Source: Mobula hypostoma (taxonomy: Eukaryota). From it: a stretch of DNA of 64,000 nt. Positions 1 through 12,510 of the stretch are shown here, in pieces. Positions within the stretch are counted from its first letter, which is position 1; each line of letters begins with the position of its first letter. The notes below the pieces were generated by a model. The model saw nothing but the letters and a program-made list of their open reading frames with translations. It was not told where the DNA came from and did not search any database. The position numbers were made by a program, and so were the translations under genes. The stretch is taken from contig NC_086097.1 in the NCBI RefSeq assembly GCF_963921235.1, forward strand, positions 140,494,001 through 140,558,000, given 5' to 3'.

Positions 1-3000
1 TGCGTGGATTACCGTGAGCTGAACCGAAAATCCATCCCTGACCGTCACCCCATCCCTTCAGTGCAAGATATCTTGAACAGCCTGAGTGGGAGTGTATGGT
101 TCTCGGTACTGGATCAGGACAAAGCGTACCATCAGGGTTTCCTGGAGGAGAGTAGCAGGCCACTTACAGCCTTTATAACACCTTGGGGCTTATACGAGTG
201 GGTAAGGATCCCCTTCGGCCTGTCCTCGGCCCCAGCATAGTTCCAGCGCAGTATGGAGGAGTGCCTCGTGGGTTTGAGAGATGAAACATGTCAGCCGTAT
301 TTGGATGACAATCTTGTCCACAGCCAGTCTTTTGAAGACCATGTGCGGGATATGAGAGAGGTGTTACGTCGCTACCAAGCACATGGGGTAAAACTGACAG
401 CTAGAAAGTGTGAAGTGTTTAAAGACAAAGTGAAATTCCTGGGTAAGATTCTATCCAAAGATGGCTACTGCATGGATCCTGCTGAGATAGCACCAGTACA
501 AGCACTCAAAGACCGCAGACCTGAGACTGTGGGAGACCTGAGGAAAATGGTAGGGTTCCTATCGTACTACCGCCCATATACCCCAAACTTCTCACACATT
601 GCCAAGCCGCTGTACAGTCTGTTATCCACCGAGAAGACCCCAGGAAGTAAGGTCCAAGGATCAAGTGCAAGTAGGAGCAGGGGGAAACCCAAAGAGTCAG
701 ACCAGCTACCCTCAAGCCAACCGATCACCTGGACTGAAAAACACCAGGAAGTGCCCTGCCAGCTGTTAGAGTACCTGCTGCGCCCACCACTCCTAGGTTA
801 CCCCGACTTTGAGAAGCCGTTTGTGTTGCATCGTGATGCCTCACAGGAGGGGCTGGGTGCAGTACTGTACCAGAGACAACGAGGCAAGCTGGTCGTCATA
901 GGTTATGGGTCGAGAACACTAACTGAACCAGAAAATTACCACCTCCATTCTGGAAAGTTAGAATTTTTGGCAATAAAGTGGGCCATTTGTGAAAGATTTC
1001 GTATGTATATTATGCACCCTCTCATTCACTGTCTACACCAATAATAATCCCTTAACCTATGTTTTGACCACAGCGAAGCTGAATGCCACAACACACCAGT
1101 GGATTGCGAGGTTAGCTGACTTTAATTTCTCAATCAAGTATCAGCCTGGGAAAGTTAATGGAGACACAGAAATTGGCAGGAAACAGAGAGTGGGAATAAA
1201 GGGATCCTATTCTGGTTGGCTGCTGGTTGCCAGTGGTGTTCCACAGGGGTCTGTGTTGGGGCCGCTTCTTTTTACATTGTTCATCAACTATTTGGATTAT
1301 GGAATAGATGGCTTTGTGGCTAAGTTTGCTGACAATACGAAGATAGGTGGAGGGGCCAGTAGTGCTGAGGAAACGGAGTCTGTAGAGAGACTTGGATAGA
1401 TTGGAAGAATGGGCAAAGAAGTGGCAAATGAAATACACTGTTGGAAACTGTATGGTTATGCACTTTGGCAGAAGAAATAAATGGGCAGACTATTATTTAA
1501 ATGGGGAGAGAATTCAAAGTTCTGAGATGCAACGGGACTTGGGAGTCCTCATACAGGATACCCTTAAGGTTAACCTCCAGGTTGAGTCGGTGGTGAAGGC
1601 GGCGAATGCAATGTTGGCATTCATTTCTAGAAGAATGGAGTATAGGAGCAGGGATGTGATGTAGAGGCTCTCTAAGGTGCTGGTGAGACCTCACTTGGAG
1701 TACTGTGGGCAGTTTTGATCTCCTTATTTAAGAAAGGATGTGCTGACGTTGGAGAGGGTACAGAGAAGATTCACTAGAATGATTCCGGGAATGAGAGGGT
1801 TAACATATGAGGAACATTTGTCTGCTCTTGGACTGTATTCCTTGGAGTTTAGAAGAATGAGGGGAGACTTCATAGAAAGATTTCGAATGTTGAAAGGCAT
1901 GGACAGAGTGGATGTGGCAAAGTTGTTTCCCATGATGGGGGAGTCCAGTACGAGAGGGCATGACTTAAGGATTGAAGGGCGCCCATTCAGCACAGAAATG
2001 CGAAGAAATTATTTTAGTCAGAGGGCGGTGAATCTATGGAATTTGTTTCCACAGGCAGAAGAGGAGGCCAAGTCATTGGGTGTATTTAAGGCAGAGATTG
2101 ATAGGTATCTGAGTAGCCAGGGCATCAAAGGGTATGGTGAGAAGGCGGGGGAGTGGGACTAAATGGAAGAATGGATCAGCTCATGATAAAATGGCGGAGC
2201 GGACTCAATGGGCCAAATGGCCGACTTCTGCTCCTTTGTCTTATGGTCTTATGGATGGCTTGTCACGGTTGCCACTTGATATGGAGCAGTACATCCGCAC
2301 ATGCTCACAGGAAATAGAGCCAGAGACAGTAAAAACTGTCACACAGGCACTCCAACTCAAATCGCATGAACATGAGCCCTGGTTGTGTCCAGCCAGCGTT
2401 ACTGCAGCATGTACTGATGTAGAGCATCAAAGACCAACTTCCACAGTGGCAGAAATCTCCACCGAGAACCTAAAGGAAGCACAAAAGGATGATCCAGTCA
2501 TTGGCAAGGTGTGAGAGTATGTCATGACAGGACAGTGGCCTCATCAAAGGGGAAGAGACCGGCGTGATGACACCTCTGTTCTAGTAAGGGAGAGAAACAA
2601 GTTGTATCTCAACAAAGACGGCATCCTGTACAGAAAGTCAGCGGCTCGAGATCAACTAGAGTTACCTAAAACATTCCATCACCTGATGTACAAGGAGCTG
2701 CATGAGGAGATGGGACACCTCAGAGTGGAGCGGACACTTAGCCTGATCCGTGAGCGTTTCTATTGGCCTCATATGCAAAGAGATGTGGACCATTATGTGA
2801 CCAAGGTGTGTAGCTGCCTGAAGCAGAAGTGCCCGAACAAGCCAACTAGAGCACCACCGGTTAATGTAGTAACCACATATCCTTTTGAGATGGTTTCAAT
2901 AGATAACCTGCATCTGGAAAGCTGTAAAGGAGGATATGATTACATCCTGGTTGTCATCGATCACTTTATGCGCTTTACCCAGGCATACGCATGTACCAAC

Positions 3001-4582
3001 AAGTCAGCAAAAAATGCTGCTGAAGAGATCTTCGGAGACTTTGCGCTCAAATTTGGATTTCCGGCCAAGTTGCATGATGATCAGGGCAAGGAGTTTGAGA
3101 ATAAGCTGTTTTCCAAGCTGGAAGAATACTGTGGCATCCAAGGCTCACGCATAACACCTTACCACCCAGCTGGAAACGGTCAGGTTGAGAGATTTAATCA
3201 AACACTCCTTTCCATGCTGAGAAACTTGACAGAGGAAGCCAAGTCAGATTGGAAGAGCTCCTTAGCCAAGGTCGTACAAGCATATAACTGTACGCATAGT
3301 GAAGCGACAGGATATGCCCCATACTACCTCCTCTATGGTAGAAGCCCCCGGCTACCTGTGGACATTATGTTTGGCCTGACACCAAGTGACCAGAGCACCC
3401 CTCACAGCAAATATGCCAGTAAGTGGAGAAGGTGGATGCAAGAGGCATACAGGCTGGCATCACAGACAGTTCAGAGGGAGCAAAATAGAGCAAAGAAGCA
3501 GTATGACTGGAAGACTTATGGAGTGGAACTACAGCCAGGGTGTAGAGTATTAGTGCGGAACTTCAGGGACAGAGGAGGACCCGGGAAGCTCAGGTCTTAT
3601 TGGGAGGATTAAGTCCACATCGTAACCGAGAGGAAGCACAAGGACAGTCCTGTCTACATCATATGACCTGAGAGAGGCCCAGGAAAGACTAGAGTCCTAC
3701 ACAGGAACCTGCTACTGCCCTGTGACTTTCTGCCCGTGGAAGATGATGAGCAAGGGAAAAAGAAAATGTGAAAGAAAAAGCCAAACACAGACAAGAAGAG
3801 TGAAAGGCAGGAAAGGCAGAAGGAGAGAGATCCGCACAGTAGTTCAGAGAGTAACTGGAGATTCATCACCACACGACCAGCAGAGTCATTCGACCTGTTC
3901 AGAAGCCAGCTGAGAGTGGAAGCAGAGGAGTTCCAACCACAAGCAGCTGACAGAGGATTGGAGCAAGGCAGTAAGGAAGTCGAGTGTCCAGATGAGGGTG
4001 AGGAAGGTAGGATGGAACCAGAGATGGAGAATGGAGAAACTGCAGGGGCCGAGCGAGTGGTGTTGTTTGACGAAGCAGACGAGATGAGCTCTGAGCAGGC
4101 GTCGTCATCTGATGAAGCAGACGAGAGGGATCTCGAGCAGTGGTCAACTCCCATAAGAAGGTATCCTTTCTGACAAAGAAACCCACCCAAGACACTCACA
4201 ACCAACACATTGGCTCAACCATCAGTCGAACACAAACCACTGATATATAGAAGGACACTGGAACATGTGTGAGGCATACAGTAGGACATGTGGGTCTGTG
4301 TAAAGGGTTATGGGGTAGACATAGGGTCAAAACCTTCCGTCCGAGATGCATAGCCCTCACAAGTAGCGGAGTAGCACTTATGCCATCATCTGGCCAGTGA
4401 TGCCTGTTGCTGACACATGACATAAAGAGGGAGATGTGGGTCACGTCAAAGACTGTTGCTGTACAGAGAGTATCCCGAAAGACTGACTCCTTTATAACCT
4501 ACCACTATAACTCAACAGTTGAAGACATGAGTACCCTGGGAAATATATAATGTCGGGACGACATTCATTTTGAAGGGGAGAG
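1..4582 (+). mobile_element. Gypsy/Ty3 LTR retrotransposon internal region (pol: RT, RNase H, integrase), decayed and truncated by the window edge
   Basis: RT motifs DYRELN, PFGL and YLDD (ORFs 4-240, 253-1044). RNase H motif DASQEGLGAVLYQ. Integrase zinc finger (H-EEMG-H...C-S-C), DDE core and GPG motif in ORF 2524-3612. The frame is broken by stops and frameshifts. Polypurine tract GAAGGGGAGAG at 4572-4582. Confidence 0.95.
1171..2253 (+). mobile_element. 5'-truncated CR1 LINE inserted into Gypsy pol
   Basis: [11 protein letters not shown] and KFAD(N)TK RT motifs, CR1 C-terminus ERVQRRFTRMIPG, and 3' tail TCTTATGGTCTTATG. Removing it restores Gypsy PGKVNGDT-DGLSR. Confidence 0.93.
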
Positions 4583-5493
4583 TGTGGGACCCATAGTAAT
4601 GTGGAGCATATTAATGGACACTGGATACCCCCCTAATTTTCTTATATTATGTTCATATCATTTTTATTGCTTTGGTTTGTTATTTTGTTCATTCACAATT
4701 TGATTAATGTTCAGTTGCACTAGCAACAGTAATATTTTAGTGCGTTGGTTGATGGTTACAAGGGGCAAAGCTTATACAGGCACTTGGGGCAGCTGAGGGG
4801 TCCTGGAGGCCACGAGAGTGCACACGTGATGGAGTAGACAGAGACGGCCCCGCAGCATGCATGGTAAGCCGATGCGCTTGTGTTCCTGTATTTCCAGAAA
4901 GGAAAATGAAGACGTTATTTTAAACTTCTGCATGCCTGGAAGTCCCTTTTGTGTCCAAGTGTGCAACAGAAAACCTAAAATTTCCTCTTCCATAACTATG
5001 CTCGGTAAAGTGGAGATAACAGAATTAATTGCTTGGATTGTCTGCTTCAGCAATACTGATTAAACACGAGGCTCATTCTTGCCATCCGATGAGATCTTTG
5101 CAGAGTCTGGAATGCAATATATTTGTGTCTGTGATTTCCTAGCACTAAAAGTCAATGTGTGCTTTTCAGTCAAAGCAGAAAACCTTCCCTAATATTATTA
5201 ATTCTTGAACACCGTGGTCTCTCTCATTGTGGCCTCTTTCCCTGGGAACGCGCAAAACTCTTTGTTCATCCTCAAAAATGGAGGTACATATTGGAAACAA
5301 CAGAAAACACACCATTAGCTGATGTAATGCTTGTTTGAGGAGATGCCACAGCACTTTATGTATGTAGTGTTGGAGCAATTTTATATCAAAGAGGCAGAAG
5401 TTACGAAGCTGAAAGAACAGCCAATGAATCATAAACCAGCAGGGTGTCGGCAGCGGTTGGGACAAATAACAGCGCTGGAAGTTTGGGGTTACA
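4583..5493 (+). mobile_element. Probable 3' LTR of the Gypsy element
   Basis: Begins TGTGGGACCC directly after the PPT. Candidate end GGGGTTACA at 5493 gives TG...CA termini with an imperfect inverted repeat. The 5' LTR is outside the window, so the right end is unconfirmed. Confidence 0.6.
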
Positions 5494-5769
5494 TCTCCAT
5501 ACTGAAGTAATCTACACTAAAGAAAATAGATGTTCAGCAACTGATATATTAAACTGAGTGTACTAGCATATCACTGTCTCACTTAGAAGTGCTCCAGACC
5601 CTGTACAACAGAAATGAAGAGGTAAAATAACTTGTGTTGAATCAAAATGAAAGTAGACTTCATATCTACTCAAGCAAACAAAATGTAATTACAACAGTGA
5701 CTACACGCAATAAAATATTTAATTCAGCACAAAACACTTTGGATGCTCAAACTCAGGAAGGCAGTATAG

Positions 5770-7275
5770 AAATAAAAACACCTTTTTTTTGCTCCCTGCA
5801 TCAGCCACACATTTTACACCCCCCACCCAACTTCAATCAGAGACTCCCACCTGCTTTAAAAAGATCACTATTATCCCAGTACCTAAGAAAAACAAGTTAA
5901 TATGCTTTAACAGCTACTGTCCAGTGGTTCTGACATTTAATGTTATGAAGTGCTTTGTATGGCTGGTTATGACGTGGATGAAATCCAGGTTCCCAGATTA
6001 CCTCAACCCATTGCGATTCACCTACCACCATTTCCCTGACCCTACACTCATCTCTAGAGCATCTGGACAGTAACGACATCTACATCAGACTATTGTTTAT
6101 CAACTAGAGCTCTGCATTCAGTACTATAAATCCAAGCAAACACTGTCAAATCCTGGAAGTCAACACTTTCCTCTGCAATTAGATCTTCAGCTTCCTGACC
6201 AGTAGACTATAATTAGTAAGGATAGGCAGCAACAGCTCCACCATGATTTAGCGCCCACCCCCCGACTTTACAGCCTGCACGCACATGATAGCATGGCCAG
6301 ATCCTGCTGCAACACCATCTATAAGTTTGCAGATTATACCATCACAGTGGGCCACGTCTCAAATTGCGATGAGTCAGAGTGCAGGAAGAAGTTAATAACA
6401 TGGAGTCGTGACAACAACCTTTCCTTCAATTTCAGCAAAATAAAAGACCTGCTTATTGAATTCAGGAAGAGGGACAATGCAAATGCTCATGCTTTCATCC
6501 ATAATGCTGAGGTTGATAGCTTCAAGTATCTTAAAGTGAATATCACCAATAGACTGCTGGTCCAACCACGTAGATGTCACAACCAAGGAAGATTGCTGAC
6601 ACCTCTACTTCCTCAGGAGACTAAAGAAATTTGGTCTATTCCCACTGACCCTTGCCTACTCTTAATTGATGCACCACTGAAAGCATCCTATCCAAATGCA
6701 TCACTGCTTGTTATGGTAACTGCTCCACCACAACCGCAAGAAACTATACAGAGTTATGGACACAGCTCAGCACATCACAGAAACTAGCCTCCCCATCCGG
6801 GAACTCTGTCTATACTTCTTTCTGTCTCAGTAAAGCAGACAGTATGATCAGACACCCCAGCAGCTCTCACATTAAACCAGGGATTCCCAACCTTTTATAT
6901 GCCATGGACCCTTATCATTACCAGAGGGGTCTGTGGACACCAGGTTGGGAACCCCTGTATTAGACAGAAGATAAAAAGGCTTGAAAGCACATCCTAGCAG
7001 GCTCAAGGACAGCTTCCACCCCATTGTTATAAGACTATTCAATGGTTCCCTAGTACGATAAGATGGACTCCTGACTTCACAATCTACCACGATCTGATCT
7101 TGCACCTTATTGCTGATCTCTACTTTCTCTGTAGATGTTGCACATCATTCTGCATTATGTTACTGTTTCACCTTATACCAGCTCAATGCACTGCATAACA
7201 ATTTGATCTGTATGAAATGTATGCAAGACCAACTTTTAACTGTACCTCGGTTCATGTGCCAATAAGAAATGAATT
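5770..7275 (+). mobile_element. Rex1/Babar-type LINE fragment (degenerate RT and 3' UTR)
   Basis: PTCFKKITIIPVPKK and IYKFADYT motifs. Similar to the other Rex1-like copies in the window. Confidence 0.8.
6878..6957. mobile_element. 80-bp hAT (Charlie-like) MITE inside the Rex1 copy
   Basis: 15-bp TIRs CAGGGATTCCCAACC / GGTTGGGAACCCCTG (one mismatch). Flanking 8-mers CATTAAAC / TATTAGAC (6/8 identical, central TA) fit a hAT TSD. Confidence 0.8.
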
Positions 7276-7394
7276 ACAAATATTTAGCTCTCTCAAACAC
7301 AAGAGCATAGATTCTAGTCACTAAAGTATTCATACTTTTCTGTGGATTAGTAAGCCATCTGCCACTACCTTGGAATTGAATTAGCTTTAGATAC

Positions 7395-7578
7395 CTGAAG
7401 TGTAAGGCAAAAAACAGCTTGGGTTGTACTCCAGTTTTTTCATGAAGCGAAGCTGTCCATTTTCTTTGAAGCAGTAAAGGTTTCTCTCACCAAGTACCAA
7501 TATAGAAGAAGGAGCTTGGTGAAATGATGTGATGTGTATGTCTAAAGCTTGCTCACCAATGTTCACTGTCCAATCCTT
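7395..7578 (-). CDS. BBS9: BBS9 (PTHB1) coding exon 7 (184 nt)
   Basis: KDWTVNIGEQALDIHITSFHQAPSSILVLGERNLYCFKENGQLRFMKKLEYNPSCFLPYTS matches vertebrate BBS9. Acceptor tttacag, donor gtatct. Phase agrees with the preceding exon. Confidence 0.96.
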
Positions 7579-8164
7579 CTGTAAATGCAAAAGATGCATA
7601 ACTGGTCAAAACAGGTTAAATTTGCATCAACTCAAATGCAACCATTCATGATGGGCTTGGCTACACTGATATTTTCTACCACCCCACCCCTGTGCATTTT
7701 TTTGGAACCGAAGACTATATTATTAAATAACCATGCACCAATGTCATGAGAAATAACCCTTATAGCAATAAAATTGTTAAATTTCTAACAAATTTATTGT
7801 TCAAATTCAAATTTCACTATGGAAATCATGTGAATGTTCTCCCAATACAGACTGGCCAACTGCTATCAAATGTATACACAGTAACAAAATATCACACAGG
7901 GAGTCAATAATTTGCACATAAAGTTAAAACAAAATTTTGTCCTGAACTGCAAGAATATCGAAGCAACTCACCATCGTGTGCCTCTTGGTAAAGATGGAAC
8001 AGAAGCCAAAAAATTCTCCTGGCCTGCAATATACTTTCAATGGAGTTTTGCAAACCACAGGACATTCATCCACCATCAATACATTCAAAACTGCCTCTCC
8101 CTACTGCTTTTAACTTTTCCCTTGTCCTTCATGTTGGGCTCTTTAAAGTTGTAAAGCTATAAGT

Positions 8165-9855
8165 GACACACACAAAATGCTGGAGGAACTGAGCAGGTCA
8201 GGCAGCGTCTATGGAAAAGAGTACAGTTGACTTTCCAGGCCGAGACACTTCAGGAGGACTAGAGAAAAAAAGATGACTATATTTAAAAGGTGGGGGAGGG
8301 GAGAGAGGAACACAAGGTGATAGATGAGGCTGGGAGGGGGAGGGGTGAAGTAAAGAGCTGGGAAGTTGATTGGTGAAGGAGGTACAGGGCAGGAGAAGGA
8401 GGAGTCTAATAGGAGAGGACACAATGCCATGGAAGAAAGAAAAGGGGTGGGGGGGGGGGAAAGGAGCACCAGAGGGAAGCGATGTGCAGGCAAGGAGATA
8501 AGGTGAGGGGGGAAAAGGGGATAGAGAATGGAGAAGGATGGGGGTGGGGGGGCCATAACCACAAGTTCAAGAAATCTATGTTCATGCTATCAAATTGGAG
8601 GCTACCCTGACGGAATACAAGGTGTTGTTCCTCCAACCTGAGTGTGGCCTCATCATGATAGTAGAGGAGGCCATGGGTTAACATATCAGAATGGGAATAG
8701 GAGGTGGAATTAAAATGGCTGGCCACTGAGAGGTCCCGTTTCCTCTAGCAACCAGAACGTAAATGCTCGGCGAAGCAGTCTCCCAATCTACGTCAGGTCT
8801 CACCGATTTACAGGGAGCATTGATCACAGTACATGACCCCAACAGACTCACAGGTGAAGTGTCACCTCACCTGGAAGAACCGTTTGAGGTCTTGATGGTC
8901 ATACGGGAGGTGCGGAAGCAGGTATAGCACTTGTTCCGCCTGCAAGGATAAGTGCCAGGTGGGAGATCAGTGGGGAGAGCAAATGGACAAATAGTCACAT
9001 AGGGAGCGATCCCTCTGGGAGCAGAAGTAAAAAGTGGATGGGAGGGAAAAATGTGCTTGGCGGTGGGATCCCGTTGGAGATGGCAGAAATTCCAGAGAAT
9101 GATGAATTATGTGCTGGACACAGAGGCTGGTGGGGTGGTAGGTGAGGAAAAGAGGAACCCTATAACTGGTAGGGAGGCGGGAGGATAGAGTAAGAGCAGA
9201 TGTGCATGAAATAGAAGCAATGCGGATGAGGGCAGCATGGATGGTGGAGGAAGGGAAGCCCCTTTCTTTGAAAAAGGAGGAAATCTCCTTTGTTCAGGAA
9301 TGAAAATCCTGATCCTGAGAGCAGATGCTGTGGAGATGGAGGAATTGAGAGAAGGGGATAGTGGGAAGAGGTATAGTCCAGGTAACTATGAGAGTCTGTG
9401 GGTTTATAATAAATATCAGTAGATAAGCTGTCTCCAGAGTTAGAGACAGCGATATCGAGAAAGGGGAGGGAGCTGTCTGAAATGGACCAGGTAAATTTGA
9501 GGGCAGGGGGGAGTTTGATGAAGTTGACAAGCTCCACATGGGTGCGGGAAGCAACATTAAAGTTGTTGATGTAGGGTAGAAAAAGCAGGGGTATGGTCAC
9601 CAGTGTAGGCTAGAAACATAGGCTGTTCCACGTAGCTGACAAAAAGGCAGGTATAGCTGGGACCCATGCAAGTGCCCATGGCTACAGTTTTTGTTTGAAG
9701 GAAGTGGCAGGAGCCAAAGGAGAAATTATTAAGAGTGAGGACAAGTTCCACTAGATGGAGGAGAGTGCCGGTGGAGGGAAACTGGTTGGGTCTGGTGTCC
9801 AGAAAAAAATGGAGAGCTTTGAGGCCTTATTGGTGGTGGATGGAGCTACAAGTAT
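8165..9855 (-). mobile_element. Penelope-like element (RT and GIY-YIG remnants, terminal repeat)
   Basis: ELVLTLNNFSF...VAMGTCMGPSYTCLF, LPFLDI and YYKPTDSHSYLDY (PLE RT). ASHFNS...RLEEQHLVFR...MNIDF (GIY-YIG C-terminus). Degenerate terminal repeat at about 8165-8260. Confidence 0.88.
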
Positions 9856-9999
9856 TTCAGTTAACCAAACTCATGATCAGTTTGCATTTAATCATAGCCT
9901 ATCACCACCACCTCAAGGTGACAAATCCTGCTTAACAGAGACTCCTCAGTACAACAGACAAAATGGACGTATTCAAAAGCAGCAAGACAAAAAGCTCAC

Positions 10000-10084
10000 C
10001 GTGAGTCTTTTCCCAGACCCCAATTTCTGTTGCTCAGAATCATGCCTGCTTTCTGCATCTGTGGCAACTGCCAATACCTGGTAC
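10000..10084 (-). CDS. BBS9: BBS9 coding exon 6 (85 nt)
   Basis: Not in the ORF track; read by hand as (K)YQVLAVATDAESRHDSEQQKLGSGKRLT. Acceptor gattag, donor gtgagc. Confidence 0.95.
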
Positions 10085-10834
10085 CTAATCAGAGAGAAAA
10101 CACACAGTTTACTAATTGTACTTCCAAATTACATTGTTCTTTAAATGTTAGTAATGCTATTTAAATGCATATTACTTATGTCGCTCAGGACCAAGAGTTG
10201 AGGTTATTTTTCAATAATAGTAAATGCACCATATACTCAGGCATCCAGAACACACAATTAGACACACATATGTGCAACAGAGAAAAAGCAGAATTTGGAC
10301 AGATGATTTCTGTACTAATTCAGAGAGCAATTAAAATTATTCCCAATATTCTTCACTCTCGTTAAGTGTTACTTTCCCAGCTTTAGTATCCATGAAATTT
10401 ATTCTGCATGTAGTAATATTCCAACATCAAAATTCCATTATCCTCTTCTCAAACTCTGCAAATATTTTTTGAAATCAATAATTTCTTATTGTTAATTCTT
10501 AGCAGGAGGTAGAACAGTACAGCACAATACAGGCCCTTCAACCCATGGTCTATATAAATTGACTCCATGAGCAACAGCTCAGTAGCCTCCTCATACAAAC
10601 ATTTTGAAGATCTGCAGATATTTCTATTCTGCACAGCCTCCCAGAACTTCCTGTCCTCTATCACGAAGGTCTTTCACAATAGCATGCAGGAGAGTCTGGA
10701 CCAGCCAGAGTCCAGAGTAGCTGACTGGCTCCATCCACTCCTTCAACTCTAATAAAACTTCAAGATGTGACAGCTTACCAGACAAGTTGTACTCTGCTCT
10801 GTGAGACTGGATGGGCCCAGACCAGCTGGAAGCG

Positions 10835-12510
10835 TACTATAAACATCAAGACATTATGCTCAATTACACCATTCAGCCCATCCAGTCTGCCCCACCGTTG
10901 CATCATGATTGATTTATTATCCCTCTCAACCCCTTTCTCCCTTCTCTATGGAACCTTTGATGCCCTTACTAATCAAGAACCTATCAATCTGAGCTTTAAA
11001 TATACCCAATGATTGGGCCTCTACAGATGCATATGGCAATAAATTCCGGAGATTCACCACCCTGGCGAAAAAAACCTTCCCCCCCTTACTCAGCCTGCCA
11101 TTTTTTTTACATTCATGTGCCTACCTAAGAGTCTCCTAAATGTTCCTATTGTATTAACCTCTCACACCACCCTTAGCAATAGATTCTAGGTACCCATTAC
11201 TCTCTGGGTAAAAAAAACCTCTGATATCTCCCCTAAACTTCACTCCACTTACCTTAAATGGATGTCCTCTGGTATTGGCCATTGCCACCCTGTGAAAGGG
11301 GTGCTGGCTGTTCACTCTATCTATTCCTCTCATAATCTTATATTAGAGTCACAGAGCCCAGCAGCACTGAAACAGGCCCTTCGGCCCTTCTAGTCAATGC
11401 CGACCTGTTTTTGTTTTTACTGCCTATTTCCAACTACCTGTACCATAGCCTCCATCCACCTCCCATCCATGTCATCACCCAAATTTCTCTTTAGTGTCTA
11501 AATCGAACCACCTCCACTGGCAGCTCATTCCACACTCCCACCAAACTCTGAGTGAAGAATTCCCCTTCAGATTCCCCTCAAATATTTCACTCCCACCCTG
11601 AAATTATGTCCAATGTGGGGTTAAGAGGGAAGACGGGGCAGAGAAGGAAGACAGTAAGGGGAGGGGGTGGTCGAGTGTGGAGAGGGAAACAGAGTGGAGA
11701 GTTTAAACTTAATATCTTTCAGAAAAGGTACTTGTTTGAACTTACTTGCTGCAAACCTACTATCCATACCCTGTACATTCTCAACCAAATTATTGATCGA
11801 GATGACAAGTAGCAATGTTCAAAGTAAATTTTATTATCAGAGTACATATGTCACCACATACAACCCCGAGATTCTTTTTCCTACAGAAACACTTAGCAAA
11901 TCCATAGAATAATAACAGGATCAGTGAAAGATCAAGTGGAGCAGAGAATTCAACAACTGTGTAAATGCAAATATAATTAAATATCAATAAATAACGACAG
12001 CAACGGGGTGTAACCCTGGGGAACCCCACGAGGCACGGGCCTTGAGTTCAATAAACAGCCTCCCACCATCACTTTCTGCTTCCTACCATCAAGACAACTG
12101 TGCATCCAGTTAGCCAGCTCTCCCTGGATCCCATGTGATCTAACTTTCCACAGCAACTTACCATGCTGAACCTTGTCAAAGGCCTCACTGATGCCCATGT
12201 CGGCCACGATCCTGGGACGGAGGTGTCACTGATCAGAGGGCGTAGATTTAAACAGAGGATAAAGAGGTTTAGAGGGATCTTAAGAAGAGATTTTTCACTC
12301 AGAGGGTAGCTGAAATCTGGAACACACTGCCCGAGGTGGTGGTGGAGGCAGGTTCCTTCACAACATTTACAAAGTGGGTGAGCATTGAAGCTGCCGAGGT
12401 ACAGTCGGCTATAAACCAAGTGCTGATAAATGGGACCAGTGTAGACAGTGAGTGATGGTCAGAACAGGTATGGCCGGCCAAAGGCCTGTTTCCATGCAGT
12501 GTGATCCACC
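10835..12510. mobile_element. Cluster of short CR1 3'/RT fragments in both orientations
   Basis: Several CR1 3'-end pieces on minus, an RT fragment EAFDKVQHGKLLWKVRSHGIQG (11977-12207, minus) and a plus-strand 3' end at about 12210-12510. Confidence 0.65.

Noticed and set aside
3654..4208. 184-aa minus-strand ORF in the Gypsy 3' region (possible env or antisense gene)
   Set aside because: Reverse complement of the acidic, low-complexity pol C-terminal extension. No envelope-like features.
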